DNA of 64,000 nucleotides from Lichenicola sp. (GCA_964658635.1 CAZZZP010000004.1:7088-71087); one strand, 5' to 3'; numbered from the stretch's first letter, positions 28,024 to 37,830 are shown. The notes: generated from the letters alone by a model not told the origin. Translations and numbers: made by a program.

Positions 28024-28467
28024 ATGAAGCCCCTCAGCACGCCATTCCCCCTCGCGCACGTCTTTCACGACCGGCTCCAGGCCCGCAACGTCTGCATGGA
28101 GTTGCAACGCGCAGGCCTGAGCCGCAGCGCCATCACGCTTCTCAGCCTCAGAACCCTGCACCCCGATTCCTTCATCCGCCTCAACATCCAGCCCGCCGAG
28201 GAGTCCAGCCTCTACGCCGCCATCGAGGCCGGCGCCACCGTCCTCGTGGTCGCTGCCTCTCCCGAAAGCCTGCCCCGGATTCACAATCTTCTGCACACCC
28301 AACGCCGCAATCCATCCGTTGCGCTCCCACCACACCAACCGCTCGACGCGACCGGCGACATCGACGTCCCCTTCAACCCGAACATCAATCCCGGTTACAT
28401 GGCTGCCCCTCATCTCACCCCTGAGACCTCGAATCGAACGAGACCGGCCCCACGCCAGCAGCAATAA
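28024..28467 (+). CDS. hypothetical small protein (possible stress-protein-like beta-alpha-beta domain)
   Basis: The ORF spans 27988..28467, and I chose the start at ATG 28024 (MKPLSTPF...). Its C-ending codon usage is typical of + strand genes here. It shows a weak by-eye resemblance to the protein at 41170..41589. I recognised no family signature. Confidence 0.45.
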   Translation: MKPLSTPFPLAHVFHDRLQARNVCMELQRAGLSRSAITLLSLRTLHPDSFIRLNIQPAEESSLYAAIEAGATVLVVAASPESLPRIHNLLHTQRRNPSVALPPHQPLDATGDIDVPFNPNINPGYMAAPHLTPETSNRTRPAPRQQQ

Positions 28468-28514
28468 AAAGAGGATGGGCACTCAGCCCATCCTCTTGCC
28501 CTCCTTCTGGAAAC

Positions 28515-30260
28515 CTACTCCACAGCCCCCGGATAGATTCCTTTCAATGGCGCACTTCGCTGTTTGTCCAGCTCCGGATGCGGAAACGGCTTACGCGGCA
28601 TCATCTCCTCGCGCTGCGCCGTGTTGTACAGGAAGATCGCCTCCACCACCGCAGCCTGCTCCAGGTCGAAAGGATGCAGCCGATCCACCGTGTCCATATC
28701 CGTGTGGTGCGTCCGCGTCTCGTAGTCCATCTCGTCCTGGATAAACTGGAACCCCGGCAAACCCACCGCGTCGTAGCTCAGGTGGTCCGTGCCCCCCGTA
28801 TTCCGGTAAGAGACCGTCGTCACCCCAAGATCTGCAAGCGGCGCAATCCACTGCTTGAAGATCGGCCCGATCGCATAGTTCTCCTGCGTGTACACACCCC
28901 GAACCTTCCCCGTCCCGTTGTCCAGGTTGTAGTAAGCGTCCAGCGTCTCCCACTCCTTGGTCGTCGTCAGCGGCCCGTGGGGACGCATGAAAGCAGGAAT
29001 CGACGGGTCCGACGGCGGATCGTTGAACGTCCCGAAATGCTGCTTCACGTAGCCCAGCGAGCCATAAAGCCCCTGCTCCTCGCCCGACCATAACGCAATC
29101 CGCAGCGTCCGCCGCGGCTGCACCTTCAGCGCCTTCAGAATCCGCATCGCCTCCATCGCCACGATCGAGCCCGCACCGTTATCCGTCGCACCCGTGCCCG
29201 AGATCCAGGAGTCCAGGTGCCCCCCCACCATCACCACCTGCTCCTTCAGCTTCGGGTCAGTCCCCGGAATCTCCGCCACCGTGTTGAAACCGTGCTCGTG
29301 CTCGCCCGTAAACTTCGTCTCGATGTTCACCTCGACCGTCACCGGGACCTTCGCCTGCACCATCCGCGCCAGCCGGTTATAGTGCTCGATCATCATCACC
29401 GCGTTCGGAATCTTGACCGCGTTCTCCGGTTTCTGCGCCGACTGCGCCAGGTCCGCCCCGTTATCGTCGTAGATCACGCCCGTCCCGCCGCCCGAGGCAC
29501 CATCCCGCGAAGGCGTAATGATCGCCAGCACCCCTTCACTCGCAAACATCTTCAGTGCACCCGCCCGCAGAGCGTTCAGCCGCCGGCGCTCCGCCAGCCG
29601 CGCCGTGATCTCCGGTGCCCCACCCGGCCCGCTCGGAGTCGGATAACCCTCCATCTCCTTCAGCTCCGCCTCTGTGTAGCGCTTGAACAAAGGCTCTGTG
29701 ATATCCGGCGTCGGCCGCGTCGCACCCAGCAGCACAATCTTGCCTGCCAGCTTGCCCTTCATCTCGTCCAGCTTCGCCGTGCCCAGGTCGATGTACACCA
29801 CCTCACCCTTCACCGCGCCAGCCGTAGCCGGAGACCACGGCGCAGCCTGCAGCCACAACGGCTCCGGATCGGGCGTTACCATCCGCGCCCACGTGTTGAT
29901 CTGCTGCCACCCAAAGCCGAACTCGCCCCAGTCCTCCAGGTGCGCATTCTCAAGCCCGATCGCCGTCAGCGTATCCCGCGTCCACGCATTCGCCTTCGCC
30001 ATGTTGGGCGACCCCGTCAGCCGCGGCCCGATCCCGTCCGACAACGCCTGCCCAAACTCCATCACGTGCGAGTGCTTCAGACCCTCTTCCCGGATCCGCG
30101 CATACATCGTCAGGTCCAGACTCTCAGCCGCCGGCTGCGCCCCGTAATAGCCCGGAACCGCCGCCCCACCCGCCGCCGCCTTCTTCTGCCCAAAACCAGG
30201 CACGACCACGCCCACCAGCAAGCCGCAAAGCAGCCCGCGCCGAACACTCAGATTGATCAA
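28515..30260 (-). CDS. M28 family metallopeptidase with PA domain (secreted aminopeptidase/carboxypeptidase)
   Basis: 581 aa with a signal peptide. Metal-binding motifs are present (VVMVGGHLDSW, ATDNGAGSIVAMEAMRIL, WSGEEQGLYGS, GGTDHLSY). Confidence 0.85.
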   Translation of the reverse strand: MINLSVRRGLLCGLLVGVVVPGFGQKKAAAGGAAVPGYYGAQPAAESLDLTMYARIREEGLKHSHVMEFGQALSDGIGPRLTGSPNMAKANAWTRDTLTAIGLENAHLEDWGEFGFGWQQINTWARMVTPDPEPLWLQAAPWSPATAGAVKGEVVYIDLGTAKLDEMKGKLAGKIVLLGATRPTPDITEPLFKRYTEAELKEMEGYPTPSGPGGAPEITARLAERRRLNALRAGALKMFASEGVLAIITPSRDGASGGGTGVIYDDNGADLAQSAQKPENAVKIPNAVMMIEHYNRLARMVQAKVPVTVEVNIETKFTGEHEHGFNTVAEIPGTDPKLKEQVVMVGGHLDSWISGTGATDNGAGSIVAMEAMRILKALKVQPRRTLRIALWSGEEQGLYGSLGYVKQHFGTFNDPPSDPSIPAFMRPHGPLTTTKEWETLDAYYNLDNGTGKVRGVYTQENYAIGPIFKQWIAPLADLGVTTVSYRNTGGTDHLSYDAVGLPGFQFIQDEMDYETRTHHTDMDTVDRLHPFDLEQAAVVEAIFLYNTAQREEMMPRKPFPHPELDKQRSAPLKGIYPGAVE

Positions 30261-30343
30261 AGGAGCCGCTCCATAAACACAAGATGAATATGGCTGTTAT
30301 AGCACTCAAAAACCCTCAAAACGCATGCAAACGCACTCCGTTT

Positions 30344-30673
30344 TCAGGCCTTTCGCGACACCCTTTTCGCCCACAGCATGCTCATATACGCCAGCCCCAG
30401 CACCATCACGCATACCCCGACCGGAAACCCCACCCACCGGTAGCTCCACGCGTAATCCCAATGCTTGCCGCTCGCATTGCCAATCAGGATCGTCATGATT
30501 CCCAAAAAGGTCGCGAAAAAGAACGTCGCCATCCCCGTCGCCAACCCCATCAACAGGCTCGCAAACCACCCCATATCCCCCACCGGAACGCCAAAAAGAA
30601 ATCCATTCATCAGCGTCTTACTGCGCGAATCCAGCGTTTCGGGCGTTTTGTACGTAGGCGTAGCCATTACCAT
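30344..30673 (-). CDS. small integral membrane protein, unknown function
   Basis: 109 aa with 2-3 hydrophobic helices (WFASLLMGLATGMATFFFATFLGIMTILI; VGFPVGVCVMVLGLAYMSML). The start is uncertain, with alternatives at 30667 or 30610. Confidence 0.5.
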   Translation of the reverse strand: MVMATPTYKTPETLDSRSKTLMNGFLFGVPVGDMGWFASLLMGLATGMATFFFATFLGIMTILIGNASGKHWDYAWSYRWVGFPVGVCVMVLGLAYMSMLWAKRVSRKA

Positions 30674-30687
30674 TAGAATAACCCTTC

Positions 30688-31497
30688 ATGGCAGAAGTCG
30701 CGCAGTTCCCTTCCAGCTCTCTCGTCCAGGCTTTTGATGTCGCCCACGGCATCGCGCCGCGCCGCGCGCCAAACGGCGTCTGCTTCGCCTCTTTCGGCGA
30801 CACCCGCATCGTCGACGCCGAACTCCAGCGCATCATCCAGGCCGTCCCCGCAAACATCACCCCAGCCCTCGCCGACCGCGTCTTCTACTTCGTCCCCCTC
30901 GCCATGGCTGAAGCCCGCACCATCACCGACCCCCGCGACCCCGACTCCGGACGCACCCTCATCGCGCGCGACGCCCTCCCCGAACTCCTCGACGAAGCCA
31001 TCTGCCACCGCAACGTCCATCTCCCCGCCACCCCCCAGGTCCCCGCCCACGAGGGCGTCTTCATCTCCGCGCGCCTGCTCCGCGACACCTTCTCCCTCGC
31101 CTTCGAGTTCTTCATCAACATCGGCCACGCCTTCGCCGCCCAGGCCGGCATCCCCGAAACCTTCAGCAATCTCGTCTGGTCCCAGGCCCTCGCCGACATC
31201 CGCGGCGAAACCAGCCAGGACGCATGGGAGACCCGCGCCGCAGCCCTCGCCCACCGCCCCGAAGCCAGCCGCCCCGACGAAAAAGCCCGCCTCGACTTCC
31301 TCGAATCCGCCTTCGCCGACGCCCTCGCCATCTATCAGCTCTCCCTCGCCGTCGACTTCGACTACGCCGAGCTCCGCGAACGCGAGTACCCCCTCATCGC
31401 ACCTACCGCCCTCGCCGACCGCCTCCGCCTCGTCGCCACGCTCTTCCCGGCCAACCCCGGCTACGAGTTCTCCATCCGCTACCGGCGCCGCAGCTAA
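30688..31497 (+). CDS. hypothetical protein (269 aa), no recognised family
   Basis: This long ORF has the strong NNC codon usage of genuine + strand genes in this region. A strong terminator hairpin lies 18 nt downstream. Confidence 0.6.
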   Translation: MAEVAQFPSSSLVQAFDVAHGIAPRRAPNGVCFASFGDTRIVDAELQRIIQAVPANITPALADRVFYFVPLAMAEARTITDPRDPDSGRTLIARDALPELLDEAICHRNVHLPATPQVPAHEGVFISARLLRDTFSLAFEFFINIGHAFAAQAGIPETFSNLVWSQALADIRGETSQDAWETRAAALAHRPEASRPDEKARLDFLESAFADALAIYQLSLAVDFDYAELREREYPLIAPTALADRLRLVATLFPANPGYEFSIRYRRRS

Positions 31498-31514
31498 GTT
31501 TTCTGTCGCAACCC

Positions 31515-31546
31515 GAACGCGCGGAGGACACTTCCTCCGCGCGTTC
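31515..31546 (+). terminator. intrinsic terminator-like hairpin after 30688..31497
   Basis: A 13-bp perfect stem, GAACGCGCGGAGG / CCTCCGCGCGTTC, has a 6-nt loop and is followed by TTCTGTT. Confidence 0.6.
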
Positions 31547-31587
31547 TTCTGTTCCAAGATTTAAATGACAGTCCGTTCATCTTATCT

Positions 31588-31671
31588 AGGACCAAATTGG
31601 TCCTGATTGCTGTACTCTGAATCAAGACCGAATGGGTCTTAGTTCAAAGACTGCCCTCCCCAGGAGGGCAG
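31588..31671 (+). promoter_or_regulatory. three consecutive inverted repeats in the leader of the TonB-dependent receptor/PiuC operon
   Basis: The repeats are AGGACCAAATTGGTCCT (31588..31604), AAGACCgaatgGGTCTT (31624..31640) and CTGCCCTCCccaGGAGGGCAG (31651..31671). All lie 20-100 nt upstream of the receptor start. Their function is unknown. Confidence 0.35.
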
Positions 31672-31689
31672 ACAGCATGGAGCACGACC

Positions 31690-34074
31690 TTGATTCCCGC
31701 CAGTACCAGCCGCAAACATTCCTCCCTCCGCCTCGCTGCCACCATCACCGCCCTCTCCGCCTCCGCCTCCCTCGGACTCGCGCAGGAGATCCCCGCACCA
31801 CCGGCGCCGCCCGCGCCGATCCCGGCCGGAACCCTCAGGACGACCGAGTCCGTCGACGTGATAACCACCCTCCCCGATGCGCTGCAGATGACCAAATTTA
31901 CCGAGCCCTTGCTCGACACCCCGCAGACCGTCGTCGCTGTCCCCAGCTTTGTCCTGAAGGAGGAAGGCGTCACGACCCTCCGCGATACCCTGCGCAACGT
32001 GCCCGGCATCTCGCTCGCAGCCGGCGAGGCCGGCGCCCAGGGCGACAACCTCACCGTGCGCGGCTTTACGGCACGCAACGACATCTTCCTCGACGGTATT
32101 CGCGACTTTGGCAGCTACTACCGGGACACCTTCAACTACGAGCAGGTGGATGTCCTCGAAGGTCCCGCAGGAATCCAGTTCGGCCGCGGCTCCACCGGCG
32201 GTGTCATCAATCAGGAGTCCAAGCTTCCGCAGGCTCAACACATTTTTCACGTCGAAAGCCAGCTCGGCACCAATGCCATGCGCCGCATCGTGGGCGACTT
32301 TAACCAGTCCTTCCCTGACGTCGCCGGGGGCACGGCCTTCCGCCTCAACGCCATGGCGAACGATTCCGGCGTCTCCGAGCGCGACCAGGCGAAGCTTCGC
32401 CGCTTCGGCGTCGCTCCCAGTCTCAGCATCGGCATGAACGGGAAAACCCGCGCCACGCTCAGCTACGTCCACCTCTCGGAAGACGACGTCCCCGACTACG
32501 GGCTGCCCTGGTACTTCAACCGGCTGGCCCCCGGCGTCGCCCGCCAAAGCTACTTCGGCTTTTCCGCAAGCAACTACCTGCGAACCAGCGATGACATCGT
32601 GACCCTGCGCGCCGATCACGAGTTTGGGACGAAACTCAACCTCCATACCATCGCACGTTGGGCGAACTATCCCCGTGACGCACGCATCACCGAGCCGCAG
32701 ATCTGTTCGAACGCCTCCGTCAGCGTGCCCGTCGGCGGCAGCGTCGCGTCCCTGCCCACTTCGGCACTCAACTCCGACCAGACCTGCGCCTACACCCCTT
32801 CTTCCAGCCCCGCCGCCATCGTCGTCAACCGTAACCAGATCCAGGTGAAGAGCGTAGAAGGCGACCTCTGGGACCAGACCGAGCTCACCTCCCGTTTCAA
32901 ACTCTTCGGCAGGCCGCACGCCCTGGTCACCGGCATCGAAGGCGGCCAAGAGATCTCAAACCCCATCCGCACGGGCTACACCATCAACAAGGTCAACACC
33001 GTACCCTCCGCCTCGCTCGTCGATCCCAACGAACAGCAGGCCTTCGCCGGCACCAGCTACATTACCTCTATCGCTCACGCCAAATCCGACTCGGTCGGCC
33101 TCTACTTCGTCGACACCATCCACCTCTCCCGGCTCTTCGAGCTTAGCGGAGGCGTCCGCTTCGACCGCTTCGACACCCACTTCAACCTCTATCAGCCCAC
33201 GCCGCCCAAAGGCGGAGCCATCACCGCCGCCGTCGCACCAGCCCGCCAGGTGGTGCAACAGCCCAGCTATCGCGCCGCCTTCGTTTATAAGCCGGCCAAC
33301 CACGGCAGCGTCTACTTCGACTACGGCACAAGCTTCAACCCCTCGGCCGAGACGCTTTCGCTCAGTACCAGCACTTCCATCCTGCCGCCCGAGCAGAATG
33401 AGACCTTCGAGGCTGGCGCCAAATGGAATTTCTTCCACGAGCGGCTCGCCATGGAAGGTGCCGTCTTCCGCACCGAGAAGGACAACGCACGCGAGACCGA
33501 CCCCACCAACTCGAACAACATCCTGCTCGCGGGCAATCAACTGGTCGAAGGCACCACCGTGTCGGTCGTCGGGCGCCTTCACGGCGGCATGGACCTCGTC
33601 GCCGGCTATGCCTTCCTGCACAGCGAAGTGCTCGCCTCGCAGCTGTTTCCCACCTCCGTCGGCTACCAGCTGGCCAATGTGCCCAGGCAGACCTTCAACG
33701 CCTTCCTCACACACCGCCTGCCCGGCCGCTTCAGCGGAGGCCTCGGCGGAAACTACGTCGCGAGCCGCACCGCCAGCTCCACCACGCCGTTCGTTCCGCT
33801 GACCTTCTCCGCAGCGCAGCGCTACCCCGCCGGACAGGCTCCCTGCGGAGCCACCGCGACCACCTGCTACACCGTGCTTTCGACCGGCATGAAGCAAGTT
33901 CCCGGCTACTGGATCTTCAACGCGATGCTCAGCCGTCCAGTGACCGACCGCCTCGCCTTTCAGGTCAACGTCAACAACCTGCTCAACCGCTTCTACGTCG
34001 ATCAGCCGCACCCCAGCCACCTGGTCCCGGGCGAAGGCGTCAACGCGCTCATCGGCATTAGCCTCAAGCTCTAA
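31690..34074 (+). CDS. TonB-dependent siderophore-type receptor
   Basis: 794 aa with a signal peptide (...[11 protein letters not shown]). A plug region is present ([41 protein letters not shown]), followed by a 22-strand-sized barrel. It is followed by a PiuC/YbiX-type dioxygenase, as in fiu-ybiX and piuA-piuC pairs. Confidence 0.88.
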   Translation: MIPASTSRKHSSLRLAATITALSASASLGLAQEIPAPPAPPAPIPAGTLRTTESVDVITTLPDALQMTKFTEPLLDTPQTVVAVPSFVLKEEGVTTLRDTLRNVPGISLAAGEAGAQGDNLTVRGFTARNDIFLDGIRDFGSYYRDTFNYEQVDVLEGPAGIQFGRGSTGGVINQESKLPQAQHIFHVESQLGTNAMRRIVGDFNQSFPDVAGGTAFRLNAMANDSGVSERDQAKLRRFGVAPSLSIGMNGKTRATLSYVHLSEDDVPDYGLPWYFNRLAPGVARQSYFGFSASNYLRTSDDIVTLRADHEFGTKLNLHTIARWANYPRDARITEPQICSNASVSVPVGGSVASLPTSALNSDQTCAYTPSSSPAAIVVNRNQIQVKSVEGDLWDQTELTSRFKLFGRPHALVTGIEGGQEISNPIRTGYTINKVNTVPSASLVDPNEQQAFAGTSYITSIAHAKSDSVGLYFVDTIHLSRLFELSGGVRFDRFDTHFNLYQPTPPKGGAITAAVAPARQVVQQPSYRAAFVYKPANHGSVYFDYGTSFNPSAETLSLSTSTSILPPEQNETFEAGAKWNFFHERLAMEGAVFRTEKDNARETDPTNSNNILLAGNQLVEGTTVSVVGRLHGGMDLVAGYAFLHSEVLASQLFPTSVGYQLANVPRQTFNAFLTHRLPGRFSGGLGGNYVASRTASSTTPFVPLTFSAAQRYPAGQAPCGATATTCYTVLSTGMKQVPGYWIFNAMLSRPVTDRLAFQVNVNNLLNRFYVDQPHPSHLVPGEGVNALIGISLKL

Positions 34075-34105
34075 CGCCCCAACCGAGGAAACACGAGGAG
34101 ACCCC

Positions 34106-34786
34106 ATGCTGCTTGAAATCCCCGACATTCTCAGCGCCGACCAGGTCAGGCAGGCGAGAGAGCGTCTCGCTGCCGCGGAGTGGGTAGATGGCAAAGTCAC
34201 GGCGGGCTACCAGGCCCAGAACGTCAAACGCAACGCCCAGATCCCAGAGAACAGCCCGGTCGCGCGCGAGCTCGGTGAGATGATCCTCACCGCGCTCGCC
34301 CGCAGCCCGCTCTTTATCTCGGCCGCGCTTCCCCTCCGCATCTTTCCGCCAATGTTCAACAGCTACGCCGGTGGCCAGACCTTCGGCGCCCATGTAGACA
34401 CCGCCATCCGTCAATTCGCCTCCACCGGCCAGCGCATCCGCACCGATCTCTCCTGCACCCTCTTCCTGACCGGCCCAGAGGAATACGACGGCGGCGAGCT
34501 CGACGTGGTCGACACCTACGGCACCCATTCGGTCAAACTGCAGGCCGGCTCGCTCGTCCTCTACCCGGCGACCAGCCTGCATGAGGTGCGTCCGGTCACC
34601 CGCGGCGCACGCATCAGTTCGTTCTTCTGGCTGCAGAGCATGATCCGAGACGACGGTCAACGCAGCCTCCTCTTCGAGCTCGACACCGCCATCCAGCAGC
34701 TCGCCGCCGACCTGCCCAACCACCGCTCCTCTCTCCCCCTCACTGGCGTCTACCACAACCTCCTCCGCAAATGGGCCGAGCTGTAA
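34106..34786 (+). CDS. Fe(II)/2-oxoglutarate-dependent dioxygenase, PiuC/YbiX (PKHD-type hydroxylase) family
   Basis: 226 aa. The N-terminus reads [34 protein letters not shown], and the HxD...H facial triad context is present (FGAHVDTA ... [12 protein letters not shown]). Confidence 0.88.
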   Translation: MLLEIPDILSADQVRQARERLAAAEWVDGKVTAGYQAQNVKRNAQIPENSPVARELGEMILTALARSPLFISAALPLRIFPPMFNSYAGGQTFGAHVDTAIRQFASTGQRIRTDLSCTLFLTGPEEYDGGELDVVDTYGTHSVKLQAGSLVLYPATSLHEVRPVTRGARISSFFWLQSMIRDDGQRSLLFELDTAIQQLAADLPNHRSSLPLTGVYHNLLRKWAEL

Positions 34787-34921
34787 CTGGCAGACCTCGC
34801 AAGTGCGGGCCGTAAGGGCGAACCGCTTACTCCTCGAGAAAAAGTCCATGCCCTAAGAATGGAGCATAGACAACTTCTTCGAAGTCCAGACTTAAACCAC
34901 GTGTTTTGAATACTTTGGGAC

Positions 34922-34946
34922 TTTTTTTTTTGGGGGGGGGAGGGGG
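34922..34946. repeat. composite homopolymer tract T10-G9-A-G5
   Basis: Read directly from the sequence: cTTTTTTTTTTGGGGGGGGGAGGGGGtta. It abuts the ruvA stop codon (TAA on the - strand at 34947..34949). Confidence 0.95.
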
Positions 34947-35555
34947 TTAGCGAATATTGCCCATCGCCGCCCGGAACAGAAGCTCGAAATTCTCCCGCAA
35001 CGAAGCCTCTTTGCCGAGCGCCGCCTCGACCGCCTTCTGCGCTATCAGCCGCTGATACCCCAGATTCACCAGCGCCGAAAGCACATCATCCGGAACCGCG
35101 CCCAGCGATGCCGCAACCGGCCGCGCAGCTCCAGAAGTGCTGAAGCCCTGCAGATCGTCCAGCTTGTCCTTCAGCTCAAGCACGATCCGCTCAGCCGTCT
35201 TCTTCCCCACACCCGGAATCTTCACCAGCGAGCCATGATCCGCACTCCGGATCGCCGTCACCAGCCGCTCCGACGCAATCCCGCTCAGCACCGTGATCGC
35301 AAGCTTCGGCCCGATCCCTGAGACGGCGATCAGCCGCTCGAACAGCCGCTTCTCCTCCACCTCCGCGAACCCGAACAGCGCCAGCTGGTCCTCGCCGACC
35401 TTGGTGTAGATGTGCAGACGAGCCTCCGCGCCCTCGCGCGGCAACGCCGAGAACGTCGCCACCGAGATCGCCACGTCATAACCAACGCCAGCACACTCGA
35501 TCAACGCCTGGTTGGGCGACTTCGACAGCAGAACTCCACGCAGGTGAGCAATCAT
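34947..35555 (-). CDS. ruvA: Holliday junction branch migration complex subunit RuvA
   Basis: The ORF spans 34947..35627, and I chose the start at ATG 35555 (MIAHLRGVLLSKSPN...). The OB domain and HhH motifs are present (GIGPKLAITVLSG, IPGVGKKTAERIVLELKDK). Confidence 0.92.
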   Translation of the reverse strand: MIAHLRGVLLSKSPNQALIECAGVGYDVAISVATFSALPREGAEARLHIYTKVGEDQLALFGFAEVEEKRLFERLIAVSGIGPKLAITVLSGIASERLVTAIRSADHGSLVKIPGVGKKTAERIVLELKDKLDDLQGFSTSGAARPVAASLGAVPDDVLSALVNLGYQRLIAQKAVEAALGKEASLRENFELLFRAAMGNIR

Positions 35556-35604
35556 CGTTCCCGATTGTAAGCGCGACCATCCCACGAAGTGAGAGAATCG
35601 AGCC

Positions 35605-36876
35605 GTGCAAGCCTCGCGCAAGGTCACCGTAGGAGTTTCCGGCGGAGTCGCAGCCTACCGCGCCGTCGAGCTCGTCCGCGCCCTCCAGAAGGCAGGCTTC
35701 GACCCGCACGTCGCCATGACCGCCAGCGCAGAGCAGTTCGTCACTCCCCTCACCTTCGCCGCCATCAGCGGCCACTCCGTCATCACCTCCCTCTGGACCG
35801 GAGGCGAAGTGCCCGAGGGCGCCTCGTCGGTCGAGCACATCGAGGAGGCCCAGACGACCAGCGCGCTGGTCATCGCACCCGCAACCGCCAGCATCCTGGC
35901 CAAACTCGCCCACGGCCTCGCCGACGACTTCCTCACCACCATGTATCTCGCAACACCCGCGCCGGTCATCATCGCACCTGCCATGAACGTCGTCATGTGG
36001 CAGCACCCCGCAGTCCAGGCCAACGTCGCCATCCTCCGCGCACGCGGCAACACCCTAATCGCGCCCGGCGCAGGACACCTCGCCTGCGGCATGCAGGGCA
36101 GCGGCCGCCTCGCCGACCTCGACCAGATCGTCACCGCCCTGGAAGCCGCACTCGCCGCCGCTTCCCGCCCCCGCGACCTCGAGGGCGAGACCATCCTCAT
36201 CACAGCCGGCGGAACCCGCGAGCCGATCGACGGCGTACGCTTCCTCGGCAACCGCTCCAGCGGCCGCATGGGCTACGCACTCGCCGAGGAAGCCCTCTCC
36301 CGCGGCGCCCGGGTCATCCTCGTCTCAGCCTCCGTCTCCCTCGCGCCTCCCCCCGCTGCGGAGCTGGTGCAGATCGTCACCACCGCCCAGATGCGCACCG
36401 CCGTCCTCGAGGCCCTGCCCCGCGCCACCATGGTCATCAAGGCCGCCGCCGTCGCCGACTTCCGCCCAGTCACCGTAGCCCAGGGCAAGCTCGCCCGCGA
36501 GGGCAGCCGGGTGCTGGAGCTCGAGCCGACAGAGGACATCGTCGCCGAGGTCGTCGCCCGCCGCGCACACGGCACCCTCGTCGTCGCCTTCGCCGCCGAG
36601 ATACCCACCGACGGCAACGCCCTTCCACGCGCACGCCACAAGATGCGCCGCAAAGGGGTGGACGCCATGGTAGTCAACGACGTCTCCGCCCCAAACATCG
36701 GCTTCGACTCGGAATCGAACGCCGGAACGCTTCTGGTGCGGAAGGTGGAAGGTGAGCGCGCTGTCGAACTCCCCCACGGATCGAAGCGCAACATGGCCTC
36801 TCGCATCTTCGACGAGCTAAGCCGGGTCCGTCTCGAACCGGCTACCGACTTTACGAAGCAAATCGTAGAAGCGTAG
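35605..36876 (+). CDS. coaBC: bifunctional phosphopantothenoylcysteine decarboxylase / phosphopantothenate-cysteine ligase
   Basis: 423 aa with a GTG start. The N-terminal flavoprotein motifs are VGVSGGVAAYRAVELVRAL and PAMNVVMWQHP. The C-terminal CoaB motifs are ITAGGTREPIDGVRFLGNRSSGRMG and AAAVADFRP. Confidence 0.93.
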   Translation: MQASRKVTVGVSGGVAAYRAVELVRALQKAGFDPHVAMTASAEQFVTPLTFAAISGHSVITSLWTGGEVPEGASSVEHIEEAQTTSALVIAPATASILAKLAHGLADDFLTTMYLATPAPVIIAPAMNVVMWQHPAVQANVAILRARGNTLIAPGAGHLACGMQGSGRLADLDQIVTALEAALAAASRPRDLEGETILITAGGTREPIDGVRFLGNRSSGRMGYALAEEALSRGARVILVSASVSLAPPPAAELVQIVTTAQMRTAVLEALPRATMVIKAAAVADFRPVTVAQGKLAREGSRVLELEPTEDIVAEVVARRAHGTLVVAFAAEIPTDGNALPRARHKMRRKGVDAMVVNDVSAPNIGFDSESNAGTLLVRKVEGERAVELPHGSKRNMASRIFDELSRVRLEPATDFTKQIVEA

Positions 36877-36926
36877 TCTCTTTCGTGGCGGTACCCGCAT
36901 TCGCCGGGACTGCACAGGAGAACGAA

Positions 36927-37823
36927 ATGAGTGTCTGGAACAACGTTCCATCCGGCCCCACCCCAGGTTCACCGGCCCCACGTGCCTTGGTGACCATCCC
37001 CTCCCTGCTCGACCAGAAAGCCAACGCACAACGCATCACTGCAGTCACCGCCTACGACTTCCCCAGCGCACGCCTGGCCGAAGCAGCCGGGGTCGACATC
37101 GTGCTCGTCGGTGACTCGCTGGCCATGACCATGCTCGGCCACGACTCCACACTGGCCGTCACGATGGATGAAATGCTCGTCTTCACGCGAGCCGTTCGCC
37201 GCGGTCTGGACCGCAGCTTGCTGGTGGCGGATATGCCATTCGGCAGCTACCAGGCCGGGAGCCGCGAGGGGATTCGCAATGCCATCCGCTTCGTCAAGGA
37301 AGCAGGCGCACAGGCCGTGAAGCTTGAAGGCGCACGCGCGACACTGGCGCGTAAGCTAGTCGACGCCGAAGTACCCGTCATGGGCCACCTTGGTCTCACT
37401 CCCCAGTCGGTCCACCGCATGGGGGGCTACCGTGTCCAGGCAAAGACCGACGACGCCATCGCATTACTCCACGTCCAAGCTCATGAACTCGCGGAGGCCG
37501 GCTGCTTCGCCTTGGTGCTTGAAGGAATTCCACGGGAGGTCGCCGCCACCCTGACAGCCGAGCTTTTAATTCCCACAATCGGTATCGGGGCGGGTCCCGA
37601 CTGCGACGGACAGATTCTTGTCTGGCATGACCTGCTGGGTGTAGGCACACAAACTCCCGCCAAGTTCGTCCGCCAGTACGGCCATGTGGCACAGGAGATC
37701 CAGGCAGGCCTGGAGCAATATGTCCGTGACGTTCGGTCAGGGGATTTTCCAACTGACAGCGAGAGCTACCATCTTCCCCGCGCGGTCCGGGCTGCCGCAG
37801 TAGCTGAGCCTGTGGGATCCTAG
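36927..37823 (+). CDS. panB: 3-methyl-2-oxobutanoate hydroxymethyltransferase
   Basis: The ORF starts at GTG 36885, but ATG 36927 has AGGAG 7 nt upstream. PanB motifs are present (ITAVTAYDFPSARLAEAAGVDIVLVGDSLAMTMLGH, KLEGA, IGIGAGPDCDGQILVWHD). Confidence 0.92.
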   Translation: MSVWNNVPSGPTPGSPAPRALVTIPSLLDQKANAQRITAVTAYDFPSARLAEAAGVDIVLVGDSLAMTMLGHDSTLAVTMDEMLVFTRAVRRGLDRSLLVADMPFGSYQAGSREGIRNAIRFVKEAGAQAVKLEGARATLARKLVDAEVPVMGHLGLTPQSVHRMGGYRVQAKTDDAIALLHVQAHELAEAGCFALVLEGIPREVAATLTAELLIPTIGIGAGPDCDGQILVWHDLLGVGTQTPAKFVRQYGHVAQEIQAGLEQYVRDVRSGDFPTDSESYHLPRAVRAAAVAEPVGS

Positions 37824-37830
37824 ACGAGCG

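Noticed and set aside
31561-31586. Possible Fur box (TTAAATGACAGTCCGTTCATCTTATC) upstream of the siderophore-type receptor
   Set aside because: It has only a loose ATGA-N8-TCAT symmetry and poor agreement with the GATAATGATAATCATTATC consensus. I cannot support it without a species-specific matrix.
34932-34946. G9-A-G5 tract as a G-quadruplex
   Set aside because: It has only two G blocks with a single interrupting base. A canonical four-tract quadruplex cannot be assigned from sequence alone.
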